Of a stretch of 64,000 bases of DNA, positions 48,213 through 57,593 are shown one piece after another; within the stretch, counting starts at the first letter, position 1, and each line of letters begins with the position of its first letter. Location of the stretch: positions 1 through 64,000 of the IMG/VR virus record IMGVR_UViG_3300043122_000207, one strand, 5' to 3'. The notes under the pieces are model-generated. The model was given only the letters and a program-made list of their open reading frames with translations. It was not told the DNA's origin and made no database searches. This stretch comes from a virus. Position numbers and translations under genes: made by a program.

Positions 48213-49172
48213 ATGCCAAACACATTTGATGAAAAAGTAATGCAGTCTTATGGGCTTACAACCTCCCCAGAGACTGCAAGACGTTATATGAGAAATTATT
48301 TTAATACTTATAATAGAGTAATGGTTGATTTATTTCCGGCATTTGAATTTAGTTATGTTTTTATAACAAGACCTGAGTTAAATCTTTTCGGTCAATCAGC
48401 CAATAAATCAATTGATTTACCTACTATGGTGAATCACGATAGAGAATTATCAAAGTGGCTTGATTATAAAGCTGATAAACAAAAGGGTTCTTTTCTAACA
48501 CCAATGATTAACCATTTAACTGAGATGTCTGTATCTGATGTTGAGTTTCAATCTAAGACTTCACCTGCTAATGCACACAACATAAGAATAAACTATCCTA
48601 CAAATTATGAAGAGTCTCTAGCTGGTGTACCTGTTAACTTAACATTCCAGGATAATAAGTCTGCTGATATATTGAAACTTTTGAATATCTGGACAACTTA
48701 TATGTCAGAGGTTTCACTTGGTAGAATAGAACCAAGAGCTGAGGATATATTAAAAAATAAATTTGAATCTTCGGTTTCCATTTATCAATTCGTTACAGGT
48801 GAAGATGGCGAAACCATTAAATTCTGGGCAAAGTGGATTGGTTGCTATCCAAACAATTTACCCTTCTCATCTTTTGAGCATAAAAAAATAAGAAAAGAAT
48901 TACAACCTATGTCGGTTTCTTTTTATGCACCTTTTGTAAAGATGATGAGGCCGTCTATATTGGCAGAGTTTAATAAATTAGGAAATCACTCTGTTGTGAA
49001 AAATTTAGATTCTGGGTGGAAAAAATCCAATCCAAAAGATAGGGATATAAATAATTATTTTATGGATACTGTTGCGGTGGTAAAAGAAAACGGTGATTAT
49101 AAATTAAAGTTTTCCAATACAAATAATGATCCAGTTACAATGGCTGCAGGGCCAAACACCACATTGGGATAA
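48213..49172 (+). CDS. Putative tail tube/baseplate hub-like structural protein
   Basis: YVFITRPELNL, I.FWAKW.GCYP.N.P.S.F pattern typical of myophage tube-fold proteins; precedes baseplate wedge. Confidence 0.55.
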   Translation: MPNTFDEKVMQSYGLTTSPETARRYMRNYFNTYNRVMVDLFPAFEFSYVFITRPELNLFGQSANKSIDLPTMVNHDRELSKWLDYKADKQKGSFLTPMINHLTEMSVSDVEFQSKTSPANAHNIRINYPTNYEESLAGVPVNLTFQDNKSADILKLLNIWTTYMSEVSLGRIEPRAEDILKNKFESSVSIYQFVTGEDGETIKFWAKWIGCYPNNLPFSSFEHKKIRKELQPMSVSFYAPFVKMMRPSILAEFNKLGNHSVVKNLDSGWKKSNPKDRDINNYFMDTVAVVKENGDYKLKFSNTNNDPVTMAAGPNTTLG

Positions 49173-51897
49173 GAAAGGAGGTAGAAATTTGAAAGATTAT
49201 ACAATACCAGAGCTTATAGAAAAAGCTGTAGGTGAAATGACAGATAGACACGAAATAGAAGATGATGAATTTCAACTTATGAGTACAAACGGTATGTTAC
49301 TTGATGGGTTAATTGAGGTTGCAGAAAACAGTTTATACAAGATAAATTCTGCTAAAAGAGAAAGATTTTTCGTTACAGCCGAACAAGAAGATTCTCTTCT
49401 AAAACACGGTAGACGTTTTGAGATTGACCCTGATCGAGCGGTACCAGCTAAGATGGATGTAATGCTTATAGTTAGATTAAAAGATGTTATAGATAATGCT
49501 GAACTTGATAGCAATAATATCTATAGGTATACAATCAATAAAGATTCTGAAATAACTATTGGTGAACATTACTTTAACTTAGATTATGATATCAATATTA
49601 GTATTTTTGATTTAAAATCAACATGGGGTGTAACCTCTGCTTATAATATAGATAACACAAATGATTTCAGTGATTTAGAAAACCCCAATATTAAAACTAT
49701 CCGTTTTAAACAAAATGGGGAAGATTATATCGGTATGATTTTAACTATAAGACAATTTAAAAGAGTTACTGAAGAATACACATATATTAGTAATGTAGAT
49801 ACCAGATCTTTTAAAGTACCATACAGTGATCAGCTTTTAGATTTTAATGTATATTATAAAGAAGAAGGAAAAGATTTAGAAAAGATAAATAAAACTATGT
49901 TTTTAGAAGATAGTGGTGAAGTACAAAAAAATATCTTCTATAGACATTTAGATAATAAAGAATTTTTAGTAATGAATAAATACGAATTAGGACACTTCTA
50001 CCCTGAAAGAGGTTCTATCTTTAATATAGAAAAATTTGTGACAAAAGGTAGTGAAGGTAACTTTACATATGAGGGTGGTGACACTAAACTCATAAACTCT
50101 AATGATGATAATTTAGTAGTTAATGTTCATGTATTATCTTCTGCTATTAATGGTAGTGATAAACTCGGGGTAGATGGCATAAGAAGAACACTTGTGGATA
50201 AAAATATAACAAGAGGTTCACTTGTATCGACTAATGATATAGCAAGAACCCTATCTAACTATGATGATAGATATAAGATTATTAAATTTAGAGATGATGT
50301 TGCTTATAGAATTTATAATATCTTCGGTGTTATGAGTGATGATGAAGATAATATAGTACCCACAAATACTTTGGATGTAGATGTTAACTTAACTAACTTT
50401 ATAGAAGAAGATGGAGAATATATGCTTCCTGAAGAACATATAATTTCAGCTGATGGGTATAAGGGTATATTAGAGGACACACCAGATGAAAGACATAAAT
50501 ACATCTATCCTTTTAATATGACATATGATATGAGTGATAACTTTATTACGGTCTTTAGAAAATATATCGATGAATCATATAGAACTGATTACGATTTTAT
50601 TAATTCATTAATACCTGTAACATATATGGTAAATAATATCGACTTTGAAAAAAGATTAAATAAAGATTATAAAATAAAGTTTGAACTAAGAACCAATACA
50701 GCTGAACCTGTGGATTTCTTACACGAGGTTTTAACTAGTGATACACAAACATTTACACCTTCTACTTTAGATACACCACTTAACATAAATAAAGATATTT
50801 TAGATGATGATTCAGCCAGTTTGGATTCAGGTACTGAAGGTACAGATTTTATTATAGATTATGAAAATAATACTATTGAATTCCCTACTGGTACAACTTT
50901 AACAGTTGATGGTTCTACTAGCTATATATTGACATATAATCACGAAGATATAATTGTTGATAAAGACCATATAAGGTGTGCTATGATTGTAAAAAATAAT
51001 GGTATACCAAAAGGTTATTTGGATATGGAAATGGTTAATTATACAGAAGAAGGGGATTTCTATAGTTATGAAAAGGTATTAAACTTTAATTCTATTTTAA
51101 GAGCTGATGGTACAGCAAATATAGATTTAAAAGATATCAATACACATAATGTTATGAGTCAGGATATAAATATAACCGATTGTGAATTCGAACTTTATAT
51201 AATGTCTAAAGACAATATAGTCGATATGAAAGATCCTTTAATAACTATGACAGATTATTCAACTTCAAATATCTTTTCTTTTGATGCACCTATATATGAG
51301 GATATAACATATCTTAACTATCTACAAATAATAAATAACACGCCAGATGAATTGACCTTAAGATTTGTCCCACTATTGGGATACGACTACTTTATGGAAT
51401 TTAATGAAAAAGCAAACCAGATAGTAAACCGTAATGTTCGTAACTTAGAAACCTTATTTGGTTTAATGAAAGATGACTTTGAATATACTTTACTTTTCGT
51501 TAATACATTTGGTAAATCTAGAATTCATAAGATTGGTCTTGATTATATTGATTTAGATAGAACAGATTTAGCCATGTCATTTAGAATGGGAATTAAAAAC
51601 GGTATGACTGTGGAAAAAGACACTATCCGTGATTATATCTGTGATTACTTTGAATCTATCGATTTTCTTGATAATCAAAATTTCCACATCTCAAGATTAC
51701 TAAAAGAATTAAAAACTAACTATACAGAAATAGATTTCGTTGAGTTTTTAGGTGTTAATGGATACAATAATGACCATCAATTAATCTCTTCTAATGATGA
51801 AGATCTTAAAAATGATAGTGTCCCTGAATACTTAAATATTTATAGAAAAATCGTCAACAAAGAATTAGTACCAGACATTGATATTTTATATGTATAA
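49126..51897 (+). CDS. Baseplate wedge-like protein (probable TTG start ~49189)
   Basis: AERxxS..KH...F...P.RA.PA; TKGSEGNF; NG.D..G.D.IRR; R..LVSTNDI...L; FLGVNGY; GGAGG RBS before TTG. Confidence 0.65.
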   Translation: MIQLQWLQGQTPHWDKKGGRNLKDYTIPELIEKAVGEMTDRHEIEDDEFQLMSTNGMLLDGLIEVAENSLYKINSAKRERFFVTAEQEDSLLKHGRRFEIDPDRAVPAKMDVMLIVRLKDVIDNAELDSNNIYRYTINKDSEITIGEHYFNLDYDINISIFDLKSTWGVTSAYNIDNTNDFSDLENPNIKTIRFKQNGEDYIGMILTIRQFKRVTEEYTYISNVDTRSFKVPYSDQLLDFNVYYKEEGKDLEKINKTMFLEDSGEVQKNIFYRHLDNKEFLVMNKYELGHFYPERGSIFNIEKFVTKGSEGNFTYEGGDTKLINSNDDNLVVNVHVLSSAINGSDKLGVDGIRRTLVDKNITRGSLVSTNDIARTLSNYDDRYKIIKFRDDVAYRIYNIFGVMSDDEDNIVPTNTLDVDVNLTNFIEEDGEYMLPEEHIISADGYKGILEDTPDERHKYIYPFNMTYDMSDNFITVFRKYIDESYRTDYDFINSLIPVTYMVNNIDFEKRLNKDYKIKFELRTNTAEPVDFLHEVLTSDTQTFTPSTLDTPLNINKDILDDDSASLDSGTEGTDFIIDYENNTIEFPTGTTLTVDGSTSYILTYNHEDIIVDKDHIRCAMIVKNNGIPKGYLDMEMVNYTEEGDFYSYEKVLNFNSILRADGTANIDLKDINTHNVMSQDINITDCEFELYIMSKDNIVDMKDPLITMTDYSTSNIFSFDAPIYEDITYLNYLQIINNTPDELTLRFVPLLGYDYFMEFNEKANQIVNRNVRNLETLFGLMKDDFEYTLLFVNTFGKSRIHKIGLDYIDLDRTDLAMSFRMGIKNGMTVEKDTIRDYICDYFESIDFLDNQNFHISRLLKELKTNYTEIDFVEFLGVNGYNNDHQLISSNDEDLKNDSVPEYLNIYRKIVNKELVPDIDILYV

Positions 51898-51903
51898 TTA
51901 AGG

Positions 51904-51914
51904 TTATATATTAT
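51904..51914 (+). promoter_or_regulatory. TTATATATTAT motif, putative early phage promoter
   Basis: Recurrent 11-mer upstream of SSB-like gene. Confidence 0.6.
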
Positions 51915-51967
51915 AATAGAGAATATCAAATAAAATATTTTAAAATCAAAAAGGAGATGATTGAAAA

Positions 51968-52606
51968 ATGGCAAAGAATGATAATGTATTTGTGACAACG
52001 GAAATTTTTAGTTTAACAGAATGGAATAATGATAGTAATAGTAAAAACCTATCAGCAAGATTATTAAACAACAATGGGTTCATAATTTTCTTTCAGGAGC
52101 AGAATCAAGGTAAAGGAGCCTATTGGAATAACAAGGGTAACTTTTGGTGTAGACAGGATGATATGCCGATTCTAGCTAGGATGATTGAATTAGTAGTAAG
52201 AGATATTAAAGAAGGGAACTACTCCAGAGAAAGATACATGAAAGGCTCTAAGAGTGACTTCTATATTCTAGCTAAAGAAAAAAACGGCAGATTATATATT
52301 GCTGCTAAACTGGTACCAAAAGATAGCAATGGAAACCAGGATGATTCTAAAGCACTACTTATTAAATTCCCATCAAATAAAGTATTAGATGATGAACAGA
52401 CTAAAGGATTAATTTTACTTGAAACATTCAGAGATGCTATTAAAAATACCTATGATAGAGTAAACACATCCTTTGATTCTCATTACAAGAAATACTTTGA
52501 GGAAATCAATGGTAGTAGTGGTGGTTCTAAATCAGGTGGATCATCTAAAGGTAAAAGCAGTGGGGGTAAAGAAGACATCGAAAGTGATGATGATTATCCT
52601 TTCTAA
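51968..52606 (+). CDS. Putative single-stranded DNA-binding protein
   Basis: Gly/Ser/Lys linker followed by acidic tail ending DDDYPF, like bacterial SSB C-termini. Confidence 0.55.
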   Translation: MAKNDNVFVTTEIFSLTEWNNDSNSKNLSARLLNNNGFIIFFQEQNQGKGAYWNNKGNFWCRQDDMPILARMIELVVRDIKEGNYSRERYMKGSKSDFYILAKEKNGRLYIAAKLVPKDSNGNQDDSKALLIKFPSNKVLDDEQTKGLILLETFRDAIKNTYDRVNTSFDSHYKKYFEEINGSSGGSKSGGSSKGKSSGGKEDIESDDDYPF

Positions 52607-52619
52607 ATTAAATATAAAC

Positions 52620-52641
52620 CCCGAGGGATTATACCCTCGGG
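52620..52641. terminator. Bidirectional terminator hairpin
   Basis: cccgaggg-attata-ccctcggg + T run between convergent genes. Confidence 0.75.
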
Positions 52642-52651
52642 ATTATTTTTT

Positions 52652-53626
52652 TTATACTTCTTTTCCTTTTTGTCTCCATTGCTCTCTATAGTGTTCTGGC
52701 ATATTTTCTTTTTTATCTTCTACAAACTCATAAGAATTATTTAATGAGTCTGTAACTACACCTTCATCCATATTCAAATTAATGTCACCAAGTGTTTCTA
52801 TGTTTTTCTTTCTAGCATCACTTATTGTGTGTCCTTCTTCATCTTGTACTTCTATCCAGTAAATCTCTTCTTCTAAATCAAGATGCATAACTTCTTTTAA
52901 ATCTTTATCTTTGTATCTTAAGTTAGCAGCAGATGAACCATAATTTATTCCATACTGTTCTTCTAGGTCAGCGTTTATATTTCCAGAACTTTTTTTCTTA
53001 GCTTTTTCTGGATCACATTTTGGTTTATTTTCATCTAGGGCTTTATTTGGTTTTGGTTGTGTTGAGTTTGCTATATCTTCTTTAGTTCTTTTTCTGGGTT
53101 CAGTTCTTGTTGGTCTTCTTTTAGTTTGTCTTCTATTTTTTTCTGGGTTGGTTAAAAAAGAACCATTTAACTGTGGTGTGTCAGCTGAATCATTGGAGAA
53201 AAATTGAGCATATGTACCACGCATATCACGAGGGTCATTACCCACACCACCAACATCCTTTTGGTTGAGTTTCTTTTCTTTCATTTCAAGATCAATGATA
53301 TTTTTAGTGATTGAAGATTTTTTATCTATAGCAGTTATTTTGGAAGTTAAAAGAGAAGTTAGAGTCTGATACATATCCTTTTCATATACCAGTTGATTTC
53401 CGTGTTCTTTTCTTACCTCACGTATTCTATGTTTAACTTCATTGGCTGCTGAGTCTATTTGTTTTTGTACTTTATTTAAATCCTTAATAGATTTTTTAAA
53501 TCTTTTTTCTATATCAGATTTTTCGTTTTTCTTTTTAGGTTCTAGAACTTCGACATACTCCATATAATCATCCATGGATTTATTGGAGTTTAATCCAAGT
53601 TCTCTCATACCTTTATTAAGAATCAT
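52652..53626 (-). CDS. Hypothetical protein (coiled coil + basic/low-complexity linker)
   Basis: 324 aa, GGAGG RBS, AACA-N6-TA upstream. Confidence 0.65.
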   Translation of the reverse strand: MILNKGMRELGLNSNKSMDDYMEYVEVLEPKKKNEKSDIEKRFKKSIKDLNKVQKQIDSAANEVKHRIREVRKEHGNQLVYEKDMYQTLTSLLTSKITAIDKKSSITKNIIDLEMKEKKLNQKDVGGVGNDPRDMRGTYAQFFSNDSADTPQLNGSFLTNPEKNRRQTKRRPTRTEPRKRTKEDIANSTQPKPNKALDENKPKCDPEKAKKKSSGNINADLEEQYGINYGSSAANLRYKDKDLKEVMHLDLEEEIYWIEVQDEEGHTISDARKKNIETLGDINLNMDEGVVTDSLNNSYEFVEDKKENMPEHYREQWRQKGKEV

Positions 53627-53694
53627 TTAAGTCTCCTCCTTTTGATTTTCCATATATTTATTTGTTTATAACAATAAAACTATCCTTTATATAG

Positions 53695-53705
53695 TTATAT
53701 ATTAT
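53695..53705 (+). promoter_or_regulatory. TTATATATTAT motif, putative early phage promoter
   Basis: Recurrent 11-mer followed by GGTGAAAAG. Confidence 0.55.
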
Positions 53706-53709
53706 AAAG

Positions 53710-53967
53710 GTGAAAAGAAAACTACATATAAAAAAAAAATTAAAAGAAAGGGTTGATAAAATGTTAATACTTAAAGTTTTATTTATTGGTTTAATTGTTT
53801 ATTTTATTGGTGGTGTAATGGCTATACCTTTAACCATTTATAAATTGGGGGATAAGGTTGGTTGGGATGATGATCCAGTTGATGTTAAGGTTGGGATAAT
53901 TGTCTACATAATATTACATGGTTGGCAGTTAATCCATAGACTAACAGTTCATAGTGAGCAGAGTTAA
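53710..53967 (+). CDS. Small two-TM membrane protein (probable start MLILK)
   Basis: Two hydrophobic segments. Confidence 0.55.
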   Translation: MKRKLHIKKKLKERVDKMLILKVLFIGLIVYFIGGVMAIPLTIYKLGDKVGWDDDPVDVKVGIIVYIILHGWQLIHRLTVHSEQS

Positions 53968-54012
53968 TTCTCTGCTTATTTTTTTATATCCACAACAATT
54001 TTTTGAAGGAGA

Positions 54013-56835
54013 GTGAATAAAGTGAGCAACGAAAATATGTTACTTCTTAATAACTATTTTGATAGAAATAAAAATAGACACCATATATTAATGAAGAATG
54101 TAGATACTGAGGAAAAGAAAGTTTATAAAATAAATAACCCAACTATACCTATATATAAAGTTAAAGATGATGTTGAGGTGCCAGATTATTTTATGGAGTA
54201 TCGTGATATAGAAGACCTTGAAAAACATGATGTCTCATATAGATGGAGAGAATGGGACCTTGCAAGATTAATAGGTTATGATGGTTTTACAAATGATGTA
54301 AGAAAAAAGCATATTAAAAAGGAGCAGATTTATTTAGATAAAAGATTATTCGGAGCTGATGTTAGATTAACAGATAGAACTATTATGGACTATCTAGATT
54401 CAATGGGTAAAGAAGATAAAGAAGGTAATATAACTTATCCTGATGAACCACCAATTAAAAATTTACACATAGGTTTTTTTGACCTTGAGTGGGATATTAG
54501 AATAGATAGTGATGATGAAGCTGATTACCCTATATACCTTATGACGTATTTTGATTCTAAAGAAAATGTTTGTCACACTTTTTATCTTGAAGATAAAAAT
54601 TATAAATACCAAGATAAACTTCTTAAAGATAAGGGTCATAAAAAATTTATCAAGGAATTGAAAAAAGAACTCGAAGAAGATTTTAGTAAACTATCCTTAA
54701 AAAATGCTAAGGAAGAACAGCAGGTAAAAGAGACAATATTCAAAAGATTAGATAATATTAAATATGAGCTTAAATCTTACAGCAGTGAACAGAGAATGAT
54801 TCGTGATTTTTATAAAATGATAATCAGAGATTATATGCCTGATTTTCTATATGCATATAACACCAGTGCAGATATAGGACAAACTCTAAACCGTTGTGAT
54901 AAATTAAATATCAAACCATCTAGCATTTTCTGCCACCCTGATGTCGGAGATTATGTTGACTTTAGAATTAGAGATAACACCTTCCCACCAGAGGATAGAA
55001 AGCATAACTATGAATGTGCATCTTATACCAAGATAATGGATATGTTTATAACCTATCATGCTATAAGGGGTGCATCATCTTTTACAAGTTATAAGTTAGA
55101 TACTGTTGCTAAAGATAATCTTGGTGTTGGTAAACTAGACTATTCTCATATCTGTGACCACATTGGTGATTTACCTTATAGAGATTTTTATACCACAACT
55201 AAATACAACATTCGTGATGTTTTGGTTATGCCATTTATAGAGGATGTTACACAAGATACTAAGACAATGGTATCTAAACGGTTTACAACAAGAACAGAAT
55301 ACGATCAGCTTTTTACTTCTATGGCTCAAGTTATGAATGCTTTTTTCCATATGGGAGAAAGAAATGGTCAGATACTCTCTAATGAAGTTAATAAACTTCT
55401 TTTAAAGTTGTCCGATAAACAGGTAGAGATCCTAAAGGAAGAAGACAGAGTAACCTATGATATTATTATGTCTATTAAAAATGGTGATAGAATCCAGGGT
55501 GGTTTATGTACTGACCCAAATAAAGTTACAAGAAAAGGGATAAAACTTTTACCACTATTAAATAATAAGAAAGTATTTGAAACAGTAATTGATGCAGATG
55601 CATCTTCTATGTATCCTAATAATTTGATATCCCACAATATAACTAAGACAACTTTGGTTGGTAAGTTAATATGGATAGATGAATTTCATGACTTAGTTTA
55701 TAAAGAAACTAAAACAGTAAATGGTAGGTTGATAATAAGTAGGGATGATTGGGCAGCTATTAAAAAGATGCGTTCTAAATCAAATAATAATAAGTTCCAA
55801 AGAAATAAGTTTCTTAAAATGTATAGGGCTATCAAATATTTTGATTATAAAGAACTTGCTAATAAGTCTATCGATATAGATATCATGAGTGTACTTGAAG
55901 ATTACGGTTTTAAAGAAGAAAAAGAGTATATGCCAAATTTAAGAAAGATATTCAAATACTTTAATGGTTCTATGATAGATAAGGAAGAGTTTGAAAAAGA
56001 TTTCCCAGATAAAGATAAAAAGGACTTAAAACACACTATAGAAATAATCCAAATCTATATTAAAAACATCACATCAAGAATAGGTGAAAGGGCTATCATT
56101 TCTTTAATCCAAAGAAACATTATAGAAATAGGAGAGATATTTTTTAATCTTCCGAATCTAACTGATTTAGATTTTATTTTAAATAATATATCTCAAAAGG
56201 AAGTTAGTCTGGTTGATTCACATGATGACTATGAAGTAAAAATAGTTAAAAACAAATTAAGACCATTACTTTCTATTTTGTCTCAGCTTGATTCATCTAT
56301 GTTAAATGATAAAGATTTAGATACCGGATTATATAAAACAAACGGTATGTTTTATATCGGGGATAAAAAGAGAAATTATATCAGATATACTGGCACTGTT
56401 ATAGAATACTTTCTTGAAAGTGGGAAAAATCTAACAGATGTCTTCGAAATAGATGAACCAATATATACTGATAGAAGAGGTAACGTTGCAAATTACATTT
56501 ATGAAGAACAAGTCAAAGTTAAAGAGATACCAGATATTAATGGTTCAGTCATTTTCAGTGGTGAAGTTGATGAAGAAAATGTTCGTAAATTGAAGTTAAC
56601 AGATAGGTTATCTAGGAGGTTAGACTTTAAAACTAAAAGTGGAGAAATAATAACCATTAATTTAAACCCTAGAATGGTTCCCTGTATAAGGGAGATAGAG
56701 TCATTACATGTTAAGATATGTAAAACAGAACATGATAGTATTTATGATGTGATAATAAGATCTGAAATACCAATAGAAAAACCACACGAAGATAAATTTA
56801 TATATAACCAATACATGAAAATACTAAATTACTAA
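54013..56835 (+). CDS. polB: Family B DNA polymerase, N-terminal part (exonuclease + palm motif A) of a split enzyme
   Basis: ExoI FFDLEWDI, ExoII YAYN, ExoIII YNIRDV, IQGG, DADASSMYP; no KxxxNSxYG or YGDTDS seen. Confidence 0.85.
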   Translation: MNKVSNENMLLLNNYFDRNKNRHHILMKNVDTEEKKVYKINNPTIPIYKVKDDVEVPDYFMEYRDIEDLEKHDVSYRWREWDLARLIGYDGFTNDVRKKHIKKEQIYLDKRLFGADVRLTDRTIMDYLDSMGKEDKEGNITYPDEPPIKNLHIGFFDLEWDIRIDSDDEADYPIYLMTYFDSKENVCHTFYLEDKNYKYQDKLLKDKGHKKFIKELKKELEEDFSKLSLKNAKEEQQVKETIFKRLDNIKYELKSYSSEQRMIRDFYKMIIRDYMPDFLYAYNTSADIGQTLNRCDKLNIKPSSIFCHPDVGDYVDFRIRDNTFPPEDRKHNYECASYTKIMDMFITYHAIRGASSFTSYKLDTVAKDNLGVGKLDYSHICDHIGDLPYRDFYTTTKYNIRDVLVMPFIEDVTQDTKTMVSKRFTTRTEYDQLFTSMAQVMNAFFHMGERNGQILSNEVNKLLLKLSDKQVEILKEEDRVTYDIIMSIKNGDRIQGGLCTDPNKVTRKGIKLLPLLNNKKVFETVIDADASSMYPNNLISHNITKTTLVGKLIWIDEFHDLVYKETKTVNGRLIISRDDWAAIKKMRSKSNNNKFQRNKFLKMYRAIKYFDYKELANKSIDIDIMSVLEDYGFKEEKEYMPNLRKIFKYFNGSMIDKEEFEKDFPDKDKKDLKHTIEIIQIYIKNITSRIGERAIISLIQRNIIEIGEIFFNLPNLTDLDFILNNISQKEVSLVDSHDDYEVKIVKNKLRPLLSILSQLDSSMLNDKDLDTGLYKTNGMFYIGDKKRNYIRYTGTVIEYFLESGKNLTDVFEIDEPIYTDRRGNVANYIYEEQVKVKEIPDINGSVIFSGEVDEENVRKLKLTDRLSRRLDFKTKSGEIITINLNPRMVPCIREIESLHVKICKTEHDSIYDVIIRSEIPIEKPHEDKFIYNQYMKILNY

Positions 56836-56847
56836 GGAGAGATATAA

Positions 56848-57036
56848 ATGGGTTTTACAAGTATTAAAGATCCACAATCATTTGAGGTTCAGGTAGATCA
56901 TATAATCAAAGAGTGCAAGAATGATCCTGAAGATATGCATAAGAGATTAGATTCTTTAATGGAAGAGCAATTATGCCAACTAGGTTATTATAGGGCAATA
57001 AACAAAATAAGAGAAACGACAAGACACTACTCATAA
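56848..57036 (+). CDS. Small hypothetical protein
   Basis: 62 aa, AAGGAG RBS; DPEDMHKRLD.LM...L..LGY pattern. Confidence 0.6.
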   Translation: MGFTSIKDPQSFEVQVDHIIKECKNDPEDMHKRLDSLMEEQLCQLGYYRAINKIRETTRHYS

Positions 57037-57041
57037 TATAA

Positions 57042-57052
57042 TTATATATTAT
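57042..57052 (+). promoter_or_regulatory. TTATATATTAT motif, putative early phage promoter
   Basis: Recurrent 11-mer followed by TTGAAAG; upstream of 57098. Confidence 0.55.
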
Positions 57053-57097
57053 TTATTTGAAAGACAAATAAAATATTTCAAATAAGGAGAGATTCAA

Positions 57098-57490
57098 ATG
57101 GAAATTGTAGATATTGAATTTGATTTGGATTTATACAAAAAGGAAGACTTTAAAAAAGAAGATATCGTAGAAGTGTCTAATAAGATTTTAAATATCTTGA
57201 AAAAGAACGATATAGTCCATGATGAATTGATTAGATCACATGTCACCCTTTTTAGTTGTATTTACAAAGTGCCTGTTAAAATAATAGGACTTACAAAAAA
57301 ACAGGTTGGTTTATTAATAGATGATATAATAAAAAATAAAACAGCCTCGGATTCTATAGTGGCTGGTAGGGTATCATCTATGGAACATAATAAATCATAT
57401 ACTGTTGTATTGGAAATGGATAATACAAAGTATCATGTTTTTAATAGGGATTCAGTACCAAAAGAAAATTTAGAGTATTCTTTAAAATAG
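57098..57490 (+). CDS. Hypothetical protein
   Basis: 130 aa, AAGGAG RBS, followed by hairpin 57498-57516. Confidence 0.6.
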   Translation: MEIVDIEFDLDLYKKEDFKKEDIVEVSNKILNILKKNDIVHDELIRSHVTLFSCIYKVPVKIIGLTKKQVGLLIDDIIKNKTASDSIVAGRVSSMEHNKSYTVVLEMDNTKYHVFNRDSVPKENLEYSLK

Positions 57491-57593
57491 TATCTACACC
57501 CGGTTAATAGCCGGGTATTTTTTTTGTCATTATATTCCAAAAGCACTATTTAATTCGAACAAAGATATAATAAAAAATGAGAGGTGAAAACCA

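Noticed and set aside
54013-56835. Intein or intron in the DNA polymerase
   Set aside because: No C/S...HN-C/S/T splice motifs, LAGLIDADG blocks or group I P/Q/R/S elements seen
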